Below, one piece after another: positions 40,890-54,089 of a stretch of 64,000 nucleotides of DNA. Within the stretch, counting starts at the first letter, position 1. Each line of letters opens with the position of its first letter. The notes beneath the pieces are model-generated. The model had not been told where the DNA came from and ran no database searches. It worked only from the letters and a program-made list of their open reading frames with translations. The translations under genes were made by a program, and so were the position numbers. Source of the stretch: the human T2T-CHM13v2.0 reference genome, Homo sapiens; assembly GCF_009914755.1 (NCBI RefSeq), contig NC_060936.1; one strand, 5' to 3'.

Positions 40890-41545
40890 ATCTACTGATA
40901 AAATTGTTAGAACTAGTAAGTGTTCTGTAACTACGTATGTAAAAAATGCAACAAACTAATACATTTTCTATATATGAACAAAAATACATTAGAAAATAAA
41001 TAAAAAGTAATATCTTATAATTGATTCTTTCATAAATTCATGTATGATCTGTTAAAAAAGCAACCAAAAATTACTCATGCACACACAATATGAAATAAGT
41101 AAATGTGGAGATATTCCATATTCCAGTGAGGAGCAACAATTAATGCACAAATCTAACCTAATTCCAGTCAAAATATCGTTGAAGCTTTCATTTTTAATTG
41201 TGACAAGATGATTTTGAAATTCAACTACATGAAAAAGTGAAAAATAGCTAAGAACAATGAAAAAAGTTCTTTAGAAAGATTAGATCTCCCAGATTCTAAA
41301 ACATGTTCTGAAACTATAATTATGAAATCAGTACAGAATTGTGAAGAATTAGTCTGACTATAAATAAATTTTATTATATAATTTAATATATAATAAAGTA
41401 GAAACATTAATCAGTAAGGTAAGGTCAATTTTTCATTAGAAAGCTGGGACAACTGGTTAGGTGTTGAGAATTTTTTTTTTTTTTGGAGACACTTAGGTCT
41501 TAAATAATACAATAAAATTTGTTGTAGAGTATTTAAAGATTCTAG
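40890..41545 (+). mobile_element. Old L1M ORF2 fragment
   Basis: aaattgttagaactagtaag...aaatgtggagatattccatattc...tgacaagatgattttgaaattca...gctgggacaactgg. Confidence 0.7.
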
Positions 41546-41584
41546 TGTAAAAATTCAGACTAAAGAGAGGCAGAAGAAACTACT

Positions 41585-41811
41585 TTGTCAACAGAGAAAT
41601 TATAGGTGATGTGCAGACAATCAAAATGATAAATAGAAAAGTTTTGCAGTGTTCCAGTTCCTGGGTACACCCTAGCCTGAAGCCCAGTGGCATCGCCATC
41701 CATGGAGTTCATGTCACACTTCTGTGATTATATCACAGTGAGATCTCCTTCTTTAATACAAGATAGTTCAAATGTGTTTCTATTCCTCATAACCAAAAAT
41801 ATTTTAATACA
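41585..41811 (+). mobile_element. MLT1 LTR 3' fragment
   Basis: ccagttcctggg...gcctgaagccc...gtttctattcctcataaccaaaaatattttaataca. Confidence 0.5.
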
Positions 41812-43151
41812 GTAATTCTATTTCTAGGAATCTATCCTAAAGAAACAACTGAAAATCTAGAGGGAAAACAATTAGAAGCTATAATGCACTAGACTCTTAA
41901 TCCGTTGGTATAATTGGTTCATTAAAAAGGCTAAGAAGTTTCAGCCTCTTGGGTATATATCCTGAGATAGTATTATTTCTTCTAGTCTCTGATTTAAATT
42001 GTAGCATGTTAAATCCCCCTTTCACTATCCTTCAACAAAATTTTGAGCAGAATTAATGAACTTCTGAATACTTTTTACTTATGGAAACATAGTAAGTACT
42101 ATATAGATTCAGATTTCATATTTTTTATCTGACTCAAAGCCTGCCCCCTTCTCAGCAAAACTAGACTGTTGAATCAAAGAGATTTGAGGTGAGGCAGAAA
42201 GGCAGCTGTGGCTCTGGGCACACTTCCCCTTCAAAATCTATCCCCTGTGGGCAGGACAAGGGAGAGACTAGAAGAGAATAGATTGTACTATGAAAATGGC
42301 CTGTGTCCCAATGTGTGTCCCAAGAAGGTGTCTCTAGGTGGTGTCCTTGTTCTCTCTCTGATTTGATCTGATTCTATTTCCTCCTGGTCTCCTGCTGTTG
42401 TGTTGGTCTCTGAATTGACGGTGAGCATAGTTTCTTGGGGAGTGTTTAGTTTTATTGTATCCCCAACTATGGATGAAGACTCCTAATTTCCCTGCAGCCC
42501 TCCCAGTGGGGAAGGTTTTTTTTTTGTTTTTGTTTTTGTTTTTGTTTTCCAGATCTACCTTGGTAGCTCTCCTTTTCCCCTAACCTTTCTAACACTTCAC
42601 TTAGATCTGCAGACCGTACTAGGTCATCTTCTACACTTCTTGAGAGCTAAGAACAACTGGCATGGAACATTCTTCACCAAGTTCCCTTCAGGTCTTGTTG
42701 GCACAGGTTTCTCCAGCAGTCTCTTCTCTCTTCAGAAATCTCTATCCCTGTTTTTCCTGTTGACATACATCTGCAAACAGGGAATACATGTAAGTACTCC
42801 TCACAGGTACCTCACCACGACTGATTCCACTCTGCTGGGGGCACTGCAGAGGTCTATAGGGATGCAGGGTAGCAAGCCACTAGAAGAATGATGCCACTCT
42901 CCCCTCCTTTCAGGCCTCACTGTCTCTGCGAGTGTCTCAGAGCTGCCACCTTTCTTGGCTTAGGGTATGAATGAAGCAACTCTCTCAAGCTCTCTAGGGA
43001 GAGGAGAATGACTAACCTGCTTCCCCAGATGCTTGTCTCTAGGCATAGCCTATGTCTCTTGACTGCTGCCTTCTTTTTTTCCTGCCCTGTCTTTGTATTT
43101 GAGAGATTACATATGTGAGTATGAGGCTTAGGTAGCAGAAGCTCTGTCACT

Positions 43152-43633
43152 TGTATTAGGGTTCCTCAAAAAAACAAAGCCAACAAGAGATATAAATAGA
43201 TAAGTAAAGAATCAATTTACATGATTATGGAAGCTGACAAGTCCCAATTTCTTCTTCTAGCAAGCAAGCTGGACACCCAGGAGAGGCAATGATGTAGTTC
43301 CAGTCTGAAGGCCAGCAGGTTCAAGACCCATGAAGAGGTGATGCTTCAATCTGAGGCCAAAAGCTGGAAAAACATATATCCCAGCTCAAATGCAGTCATC
43401 TAGGATGAATTCTCCTTATTTATGGAAGAGTCTGGTTCTTTTGTTTATTCTACTCAGGCCTCCAACTCATTGTAGGAGGCCTATCCACGTTATGGAGGGC
43501 AATCTACTTTACTTAGTCTATCAATTTGTTAATCTCATCCAAACACCCTCCCAGAAATATTTAGAATAACATTTGACAAACTCTGTGGGCACTCACGGCC
43601 CAGTCAAGTTGACACATAAGTTTTGCCATCACA
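43152..43633 (-). mobile_element. MLT2 (ERVL) LTR
   Basis: tgtattagggttc...tgattatggaagctgacaagtccc...cccagtcaagttgacacataa...ccatcaca. Confidence 0.85.
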
Positions 43634-44658
43634 CACCTCCTATAAGCTTTGAGAGTGACATCTGTTTCCCTTTGTTGACTGCTCACCAGTGATTCCCTTT
43701 CAAATATGAAATAATTAGTAATTATTGTCCCCAGGCTTTGACATTAGACACAATTCTAGGACAGCAGAAAATAGTTCACTTATTATGTCATAATTTCTAT
43801 AATAAATAAAAGAAAAATACAGGTACCTAGTGTTAATGGAATTATTTTTTAAACTATTATAATATTCTACAAGGTAGAATATTAGAGATGTGTTCTAGAA
43901 AGCAAGGACCAGCCACACAGAGAGCTAGTTATGCTAGCTACACCAAATACCACTCATGTTTCTGTCACCTGTTGCAACTTTCCTCTGTATTTTGACTACA
44001 AGAGGGGAGCCTGAATAACTACAACCTGCAATTCTGCCCTTTTTTCTCCATCTTACTTCTTCCTTTATTAGGGCTCTGTTCCTACCTTGGTTCTTTCTTA
44101 TGTCATATCCTCCATCCTCCATAAACTATAGTTAATAGGAAAAACTATAGTCAGAGATTCACATTTTGTTTGCTATATCTTAAGGAAGATATTTATTGTT
44201 TAATAGTTTATTTTTGTTTACAACAAAGCATTACTATAAACTCTTTTCTCATAAGACTTGCCAAAATTTAATTTTAGACGTGAAGCTAAGCAGTACTTTT
44301 TTAAAAAATGCTGTGTGGTGTTTTCTCTCTCTCTGAAGTGATGTCACTGATTCAATGTGTAGGGAGAATCAGAAACGTATGATTAAGAAAAAGAGTAAAA
44401 AATACGTTGTTTAATAGTTTTGAAAATTGTATCCCTAATGCATTACGTGTAAAATATAAATATAAAACTCTGGTTTTAAAATATTGAAGTAGACAGACAG
44501 TTTAAAGTCTTTCTCTTCTTGGAAATTATCCTCAAGCAATAAAGAGAAAGGAAAGGAAAATATGTTATCTTCATTTTGGATAAAACTAAAAGTCATATGA
44601 ATATCAACTATAATGTGAAAGAATGGGTTGTCAAATACCATAAAAATTAAACAGAGGT

Positions 44659-45072
<414 letters not shown>

Positions 45073-45099
45073 TTATTTTCAACAATAGAAACATGGTGC

Positions 45100-45830
45100 G
45101 TCTATTGGCAGGAGATCCCCTAGACTTAGTTGGAGTTTAAGAAGGAAGAGAAGAGCTGCCAAATATAGAAGCACAAGACACACCTATGTTCAGGAAACAA
45201 ATGGAGGGAAATGAGCAATATTTCAGCTATCAATCACTTTTGTCCAGAAAAACATCAAGTCATTCATTCCTACAACTTTGTGCTTTATAAGGAACTTTAC
45301 GTGAACCAGGAAAAGTTCTTTCTGACTTGAAATATAGCTCAGATTTTCTTTAACGCCTCATTCGAAGATTAACAATAATAATAATAAATGAAATACGTTC
45401 TATAAAATAATGTTATAAAGAGGAGAAAAAGAAGAGGAAAAACTTCTTTAGAGTAGAATCACCAGAAAAATACAGATATAGAACTGAATCAATTGGTCAC
45501 CAGCTGTATCACCATGAATTAAAGAAAGTTATTGCAGGAATATTAATATGAATAAAATCTTGAAGCAAAAATGAGAACTCAGGAAAAAATGGTGAAAGAT
45601 AATAAAAGGACATAAAATAGGAGCATGTCAACAAAGGGAGGAGAAAAATAGACTATCAAAGAAATGAAGTGCATATTGGTAATATGGAGGACAAACCCCA
45701 AAGAAATTGCAAGCGTAATTGATTTCCAATTGAAGCATGTGTCATACAAGATATTGTGAAAAGCCCTTCAGCTAAAATTTACCTTGATGCTGAATAATCT
45801 TAACAAATATACTTGTAACATATTCTGGAG
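45100..45830 (+). mobile_element. Old L1M 5'/ORF1-like fragment
   Basis: A-rich decayed sequence resembling L1 ORF1. Weak match from memory. Confidence 0.35.
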
Positions 45831-45833
45831 TTC

Positions 45834-46307
45834 TGCATCAGATAGGACCCTTGGGAAACAGACATTGAGACAGAATTAAGGGTGACAACAACTTATTGGG
45901 TTATACATACTGTAAAAGATAAAATGATGAATAAGAAAAATTGAGTGGAAAGCCTTTAGATCTAATATATGTAAAAAGGAAGTGGAGAGGAAGCAGGAGT
46001 GGGGCAGAGAGAGACCCAGACTATACAATGCATAGAAATAAGTCTCTGCCAAGTAGAAGGAGAACTTTGAAGCAAAGATCCCTTTTTAGAGGAGTCCTCT
46101 GTTAGGCAGAAATGATTAGACATAGTACTTCCTCCATGCTTATTCTTGGCTGATTTGCTCAGGAAATTCATAGCCTCAACCTGAAAGCTGAGACAGATCC
46201 TGAAGGTGCTGAAGGTGGGAGTGGTCCTCCTAACTGCACTTCTTGCAGCAGAACAGTAGCAAATTGTTTTATGGAAGACCTGTGTAGGGAATTCAATGGC
46301 TGCTGCA
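45834..46307 (-). mobile_element. ERVL-class LTR (LTR16/LTR33-type), the 3' LTR of the fossil provirus
   Basis: cccttgggaaacagacattgagacag at the left end. Right end followed by gtccacc, the reverse complement of a PPT-like ggtggac. Confidence 0.6.
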
Positions 46308-48390
46308 GTCCACCACTTCCTTATACAGATACCATATGCTTTTGGGAAGCCTCACGTGTTTTGATGGGTCTTTCTTCTTTGGGGAATATTTAGGAGGGAG
46401 TTTAGTGGGATGAGCTACAGCCTCAATGATGCAGCTATATTCAGGATTACAACTGGCACTTATTTTACACCTTCACTTTTTATTCTAAATTTCTTTTGCC
46501 CTCAGCTGTCACCTCCTGCCAATCTTGGTGGCTCACTAAAGGCTGTGGCCCACAATATTTCCTGAGATAACTGAGTTTCTGCTAACCATACTATTCTCAG
46601 GAGAGAGTTCTGTATTTGTGCAGTCACAGTCCCAAGTAATCAAGAGAGTACCAAGAGATGTCCAAACTGATTACCTGAGTTCCACATGTATGTCTAGGGT
46701 CAATTACCACTTCCAATATGGTGACACTTCTTCTTGCCTGCTGGTCTCTATAAAAAATAAGTCCTGAGTGCTCACATGGCAGCCATAGCTTGTAGTTCCA
46801 ATGAGATCTTTATTTTGTCCCTTGGATAAATTGCCTCCTTTGGGACCAGGCCCTCTAATTCTGCAGGTAAGGTTGTATAAAATTCCTTTGTGTGTCATTG
46901 GAAATGATGATAAGTGGCACTGCCTTCTTTTCCAACCTTTGATACCTAGACAGATGGTTTCCACCAAAGAATAGCATCAAACAGAAGTGTCTGATATCGC
47001 ATGTGCAAATGTTGCATGATAGATGGTAGCATCCCATTCTTGCAGAGTATTCCCTGGGAGCATCACTTTCTGTGTGCTTTTATCAGTCTGTTCTAATGCT
47101 TTATCAGAGTGGCAACTTCTATACAGCAGAGATGGAATGCTAACAGTGCATTCTGTTGTCATAGTCCCATTCCTATACCTGCTTAGCTATAAAATGGGTC
47201 CCATGTCAGATTAGATTCCATTTCTGTGGGATCAGGTACTCTGTAAGCCCCTCAGTGCTGACTGAGGCTCTGTGGGCAAGAAAGGCAACACATACTCAGA
47301 ATAAGTTGCTGAGCCTTCCAAGGTAGAAATGGTCCAATATAATCAATTTGCTACCAAATATTCCCTTGGTATATATCATATGAGGAGCTTAGCATTGTTC
47401 TCTGTTGCTGGGAAGTTGAATATTCAGAGGCAGCCATTGCTAGACGGCCTTGGTAAGTGGGAGTTCATGCTGTTAAGCCCATGCATAGCCTCCATGTAGC
47501 CAATCAGAAAAGACTCTAACATCAATTGACCAGTTTATTTTGTCTGATTGATTTTTCTGTTCCTCTTCCATGGTGAGTGTTTTCTGATGAGTATTAGTAT
47601 GCTCCTCCCCATCATATGTTAATCTACCCTTCACATAACTCTCTCCTGGAGCTTCTTATCTTCACTTGTATATTACTTTCCCTTTCAGAACCCAGAAAAA
47701 TCAGCAAAGTCAGTGGTTGCTGCCCTTGAGTCTATATATATTCTCACCTCAGCCAACTTTTTCTTCCATATAAAAAAGATGACCTGGTACACCATGTAAA
47801 GTTCTGCCTACTGGGAGATTATTTTTGAGCTACTGTATTTCAAGGTTACTACTGTATTTCAACCATGTACTAAGCTGACCTCTTTCCTCCTTTTTCAGCG
47901 AGTCATAGCTGCATATGGCTATAGATGTGAAATGACAGGGGAGTGCTGAAGAAACTATTGTGAGTCACATGGGGGCCTATCTGCTCATAAAACTTAACTC
48001 ATCATCTCTACTACTTACTGCTCATGTTTTATCCTGATTGTACCATTTCTACTTTATAATGGATGCAGCTAGATTTCCTCAATTTAATGACTTGGTAGGT
48101 CATTATGATACTTCCTCTATGGCTTGGGATAAATTCTACACTGCATCTTTTCTACCACTGATGACAATAGCACCATCAGGTCTTTCAGACTACCTGACCT
48201 AATTGTGTGATTGATTATATTACATTCTGGATCTGCTGCAGAGCCCTTTTGTACTCAAGGTTCTGCATAAAATTGGCAGCTTTTTATGTCACCCAGTCTG
48301 TGAGCCAGAGGAGTATTCCTAGATGTGTTGTCATGAGAACCCAAAGAGACCTACTTGGCACCAGGCTTTGTTCTTGCAATAGAAGATGCA

Positions 48391-50688
48391 TGATATGGTT
48401 TGACTGTGTTCCCACCCAAATCTCATCTTGAATTGTGGTTCCCATAATTCCCACATGTGGTGGGAGAGACTCCTGTGGGAGGTAATTGAGTCATGGAGGT
48501 GGTTTCCCCCATGCTATTATCATGACAGTGAGTAATTTCTCACAAGATCTGATGGTTTTATAAGGGGCTTCCCCCTTCACTTGGCTCTCATTCTTCTCCT
48601 TCCTGTCACCATGTGAAAGATATGCTTGTTTCCTCTTCTGCCGTGATTGTAAGTTTCCTGAGGCCTCTCAAGCCATGCTGAACTGTGAGTCAATTAAACC
48701 TCTTCCCTTTATGAATTACCCAGTCTCAGGTATGTTTTTATTAGCAGTGTGAGAATGGACTAATAAAGTATATTGGTATCAAGAGTGTGGTGCTGCTGTA
48801 AAGATATCCAAAGATGTGGAAGCAAATTTGGAACTGGGTAGCAGGCAGAGGTTGTAACAGTTTGGAGGGCTCAGAAAAACACAGGAAAATGTGGAAATTT
48901 GGAACTTCCTAGAGACTTGTTGAATGGCTTTTACCAAAATGCTGATAGTGAGATGAACAGTAAAGTCCAGGCTGATATGGTCACAGATGGAGATGAGGAA
49001 CTTGTTGGGAACTGTAATATGATAACTCTTACTATGCAAAGAGATGGGATGCATTTTGTCTCTGCCCCAGAGATCTTTGGAATGTTGAACTTGAGAGAGA
49101 TGATTCAGGGTATCTGACAGAAGAAATTTCTAAGTGGCAAAGCATTCAAGAGGAAGCAGACCATAAAAGTTTGGAAAATTTGCAGCCTGATGATGCAATA
49201 GAAAAGAAAAACCCGTTTTCTGGAGAGTTCAAGCCAGTGCAGAAATTTGCATAAGTAACAAGGAGCTGAATGTTAATCACCAAGACAATGGGGAAAATGT
49301 CTTCAGGGGATGCCAGATACTTTTACAGCAGCCCTCCAATCACAGGCCTGGAGGACTAGGAGGGAAAAATGATTTTGCAGGCTTGGCCCAGGGCCCAGCT
49401 GCTCTATGCAGCCTTGTAACATAGTGCCCTGCATCCCAGCTGCTTCAGATCCAGCTGTGGTTAAAAGGGGTCAACATGCACCTCAGGCCAATGCTTCAAA
49501 GGATGCAAGCCCCAAGCCTTGGCAGCTTCCATGTGGCATTGGGCCTGTGTGTGCACAGAAGTCAAGAATTAAGGTTTGGGGACCTGCATCCAGATTTCAG
49601 AAAATGTATGGAAATGCCAGGATATCCAGGCAGAAGTTTGCTGCAGGGGCAGAGCCCTCATGGAGAACCTTTGTTAGGGCAGTGCAGAAGGGAAATGTAG
49701 AGTCAGAGCCCCCAAACAGAGTCCCCAGTTAGGGACTAGTGAAGCTGTGAGAAGAGGGCCATGGTTCTCCAAACCCCAGAATGGTAGCTCCATTGACAGC
49801 TTGCACCATGTGCCTGGAAAAGTGGCAGACACTCAATGCCAGCCCATGAAAGCAGGCAGGAGGGGGCTGTACTCTGCAAAGCCACAGAGGTGGAGCTTCC
49901 TAAGGCCATGGAAACCCACCTCTTGCATCAGTGTGATCTGGATGTGAGACATAGATTCAAAGGAGGTTATTTTAGAGCTTTAAGATTTAATTACTGCCTC
50001 GCTGGATTTTGGACTTGCATGGGGTCTGTAGCCCCTTTGTTTTGTCCAATTTTCCCATTTGGAATGGGTGTATTTACCCAATGCCTGCACCTCCATTATA
50101 TCTAATGGAGTTAGTTATCTAAAAGTAAGTTAGTTAACTTGCTTTTGATTTTACAGGCTTATAAACAGAAGGGACTTGCCTTGTCTCAGATGAGACTTTG
50201 GACTTAGACTTTTGGGTAATGCTGCAATGAGCTAAGACCTGCGCTGATGGAAAGGTATGCTTGTCTTATTGAAATGTGAGAACATGAGATTTTGGAGGGG
50301 CCAGGGGCAGGATAATATGGTTTGGCTGTGTTCCCCCGCAAATCTCATTTTGAATTGTACTTCCCTTAATTCCCACATGTGGTGGGAGGGACCTGGTGGG
50401 AGGTAATTGAGTCATGGGGGCTGATTCCACCATGGTATTCTTGTGGTAGTGAGTAAGTTCTCACAAGATCTGATGGTTTAATAAGGGGTTTCCTCCTTCA
50501 CTCAACTGTCATTCTTCTCTTTCCTGCCACCATATGAAGAAGGATGTGTTTGCTTCCCCTTCTGCCATGATTGTAAGTTTCCTGAGGCCTCTCTAGCCAT
50601 GCTGAATTGGGAGTCAATTAAACATCTTTCCTTTATAAATTATCCCATCTCAATATGTTTATTAGCAGTGTGAGAACAGACTAATACA
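48391..50688 (+). mobile_element. Full-length THE1 (THE1C/D-like) MaLR provirus: LTR 48391-48767, internal 48768-50312, LTR 50313-50688
   Basis: Two homologous LTRs, purine-rich PPT ggaggggccaggggcagga, 5-bp TSD atgca/gtgca. Confidence 0.95.
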
Positions 50689-51116
50689 GTGCAAGAGGCG
50701 GCAATTTTTCTTTTACTCAGGAGGAGATGTTCTTACATACACTTGACCTCTGAACCTTTAAATCCTTTACTGGTGTTGCAGGCCCCAGAATCTTCACAAG
50801 GTATATCTCTCACTATCTGTCCTACAGATAGACACACTATTTGTGTGCCTTTCCAAATCCTTTAACTTACTAGCTACAACTTTCTAATGTTGTCTAATCA
50901 GTATGATGTTATTGACATCAATGTGAAGTTCTGCTGGATGTCCAAATCTCTGTGGATTTTATTATGACAAAAACTAGGAGAGTTAACAAAGCCCAAAAGC
51001 AAAATTATGAATGATTATTGTTGTCCCTTACATTTAAATGTAAGCTGTTTATAACACTCTTTTTAAATTGGGATAGAGTAGAGCATAGTCACCATTGATT
51101 AAAGGACTACATACTG

Positions 51117-51490
51117 TGTATTAATTTGCTAGGTTTGCTAGGCTGCTGTAGCAAAGACCACAGACTGGGTGGTTCAAACAATAGAAATGTATTTTCTCAC
51201 AGTTCTGGAGGCTAGAAGTCCAAGATCAAGATCCCAGAAAGGTTGTTTCTCCAGAGGCCTCTTACCTTGGTTTGCAGATGGCCATCTTTCCCCTCTGTCT
51301 TCACGTGGAATTCCTCTGTGTGTTCTTATAAAGACACTAGCTATATTGGATTAGGGCCCACCTATATGATCTCATTTCACATTAATCACCGTTTTAAAGG
51401 TTCTATCTCCAATACAGTCACATTCTGAGGTAGTAAGAGAAAAGACTTCAACGTATGAATTTTGTGAAGACCATAATTGAGCCATATACC
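51117..51490 (-). mobile_element. MLT1A-like MaLR LTR
   Basis: tgtattaatttgctagg...accacagactgggtgg...ctcacagttctggaggctagaagtccaagatcaag...ccaatacagtcacattctgagg. Confidence 0.85.
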
Positions 51491-52099
51491 ATGTGTCTAA
51501 GGTCATATTATTCTGCTGTAAGAAAAATCCCATATCTTGCATGGAAACTGTGATCAGGGATATTATTTAGTTCAACTTGCTACGGACTAAAATTATTCTT
51601 CAAGGTCCATTCAATTTCTGTAGAAAATATGATGGGGTAAATATCCCCCATCCTCTGAAGCACAATTATTTTTAAATTACTAATTATTTTTAATTTACTA
51701 TCGTGATTGGAGTGAAGTGTAGTTTCAGAGGTTTTCATGTGGCTCCTTACCTGCTGAGTTTTAACTCACAGACCAAAGACTCAATGTAGGGATCAATCCA
51801 AATTTCAAGTATGTTGATCCCAATTATAGATTCAGGACCTGCACAATTGAGTCTTGGGTATGTCAGTGGACCCAGTGGGCTCATTACCAGCCAGATTTTG
51901 ACCACGGCTTCATTCACTACTGCCATTTATTTGCCCCCACTCTAAAAGTGGGGCCCTGATGATGCTTCAGTTCTCCAGATATAAATGTCAACTCTAGTCC
52001 TTAGACCAATAATCCTTGAACTGTCGGAGAATTCCCTTTTCTTCAGTGCACAGTCATCTATGTAAATAGTCACTGTGGCTACGTGGTATCAAAATTGCT

Positions 52100-52700
52100 G
52101 AATATATAGGGAACATAATGTTTCTTAAGCAATATAAATAGAATAAATAAGTATCTAGGCTCATCAAAGTGAAACTGAAAAACACCCAAAATAAAGAAAG
52201 TATTTTAATAGCAACTCGAGAGGAAAGTAGATTACCTACAAAGGAACAAAAACTAGGTTGGCAACAGAATTCTCCAAAGGAACAATAGACAGTAGGATGT
52301 GTAGGATTCAGAGCTGTGTGGTTAAAAAAAAAAAAAAAAAAAGAAAGAAAGAAAGAAAAACTTGTCAACTTAATTTTTGTATTTATCCAGATTCTCTTTA
52401 GAGAATGAGGGTGAAATACATATATTTCTGTAATAAAGGGATAAACAATAGATCTGCAATAAATAAGGTGTTAAAGTGGTATTTCAATGAAAGGGGAAGT
52501 GATCCAAGGGGCAGGTTGTGGGATTTAAAAAGAAATATAGAGCAAAGAAATTAGTAAATGTCTAAGCATTTCAAAGCAATTTTGACTATATTAAGCAAAA
52601 TAAATTGCGTCTAATATGTAAAGCTAAAAACAAAGAAGATAAAACTAAAATCTTATATAACTTAAAAGTTGAAAATGTGATAACCAGAGTTTAAACAGAC
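52100..52700 (+). mobile_element. Old L1M ORF1 C-terminal fragment with an (A)n/(AAAG)n run
   Basis: ctaggctcatcaaagtgaaactg...aaagaaagtattttaatagcaac...attacctacaaagga. Confidence 0.6.
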
Positions 52701-53144
52701 TCCAATTTCGTTATTCATATTGTCTGTAACATTCTGTCTTTTCTAGGTCATATAAACAAAAAATGTTTTTAATGGGGTTTAAATAATGTAAGTAATACAG
52801 CAATTTAACATATTTATTTACTATTTTGTACTGTGCAGAGAATGAGCTTTCATTTAAAGCATCCAAAGAACAAAAGAGTCATCAATAGCCAAAAGTACAT
52901 TTCTCATATCTCCATATTAAAATAATACGAAAACAGTATCAATGTTTAAAACTTCAAATTAATAGCAAAGTATTTTTTAACACATATGTTTTTCTGAATA
53001 ACTAATGTGTTAGAGAGAGAGGCAAAAATGAGAACAAAGAAAAGCTGAAATTAAGATGGTCCTACTATACAGTATCTATAAATTTTTTTCTTTTTTTTCT
53101 AAATTTTTCCTTTGTGAGACAGTTTGCATATTATCTTTTAAAAC

Positions 53145-54085
53145 ACATCTTTATTGAGATATAATTAATATAACATTTATCAACTTAAAATGTATATTTC
53201 AATTATTTTTAGTGTATTTATAAACTTGTGCAACCATCACCACAATCTAAGTTTAAAACATTTTGCAACCAAAAAGAAACCTTCTACCCATTATCAGTAA
53301 TTAATTCCCTTCCACTCCCAGCTCTAGGCAACTTCTAATCAACGCTGTATCTATAGAGTTACTGTTTCTGGCCATTTTATGTGCAGAACATTCCTTAAGT
53401 GTATTGTACTCCATACAATATGTAGTAGAAATAGCAATTCAAATATTTTGCCCATTTTAAAATTGGGTCACTTGGGTGTTGTCGTTATTGTTGATTTGTA
53501 ACTTTATTTATATTTTGAATACAAGTCTTTATCAGATAAGTGATTTACAAATACTTTTTGCCATTCTTTGACATCTCTCTACAATTTCTTCATGGTGTCT
53601 TAAGAAGCACAAAAGTTCTTAATTTTGATGAAGTGAAATTAATCTATTTTTCTTTTATAGCTTTTGTTTCTGTTGTCATTTAAATAAGCATGCCTAATCT
53701 AAGGCTGTGAATACTTAATTGTATGTTGCCCCCTAAGAGTTTAATAATTTTCATCTTCCATTTAGGTCTGTGATCAATTTTGAGTTAATTTTTGTATATG
53801 GTGAGAGGTAGAGGTCCAACTTTATTGTTTCACATGTGAATATCCAGAAGTCTCAGCACCATATGATAAAAAGACGCTTATTTCCCGCATTGATTTGTCC
53901 TGGCTCCCTTGTAGACTATGATTTGACCATAAATTTGTGGGTTTATTTCTAACTCTCAAACCTACAAATATTGACCAGATTGTCTACTCTCATATCGGTA
54001 CTCCACTTTCCTGCTTAGCTTTGTATTAAGTTTTGAAATTGGGAAGTATGTCTCCTCCAACTTTATTCTTTCCTTTTAACATTTT
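53145..54085 (-). mobile_element. L1MB 3' end plus ORF2 fragment
   Basis: ctttattgagatataatt...ttgtgcaaccatcaccacaatc...tttaggtctgtgatcaattttgagttaatttttgtatatggtg. Confidence 0.85.
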
Positions 54086-54089
54086 TGTT

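Larger units (their letters stand above)
46308..52090 (-). pseudogene. Decayed ERVL-class internal region (pol fossil) interrupted by THE1 and MLT1
   Basis: Minus strand ~51080-50942 translates SIPI*KECYKQLTFKCKGQQ*SFIILLLGFVNSPSFCHNKIHRDLD, similar to the ERVL RT motif region (..KQFAFTWQGQQYTFTVLPQGY.NSPALCHN..RRDLD). Confidence 0.75.

Noticed and set aside
49406-50105. ORFs inside the THE1 internal region
   Set aside because: Fragments of decayed MaLR internal sequence broken by stops and frameshifts.
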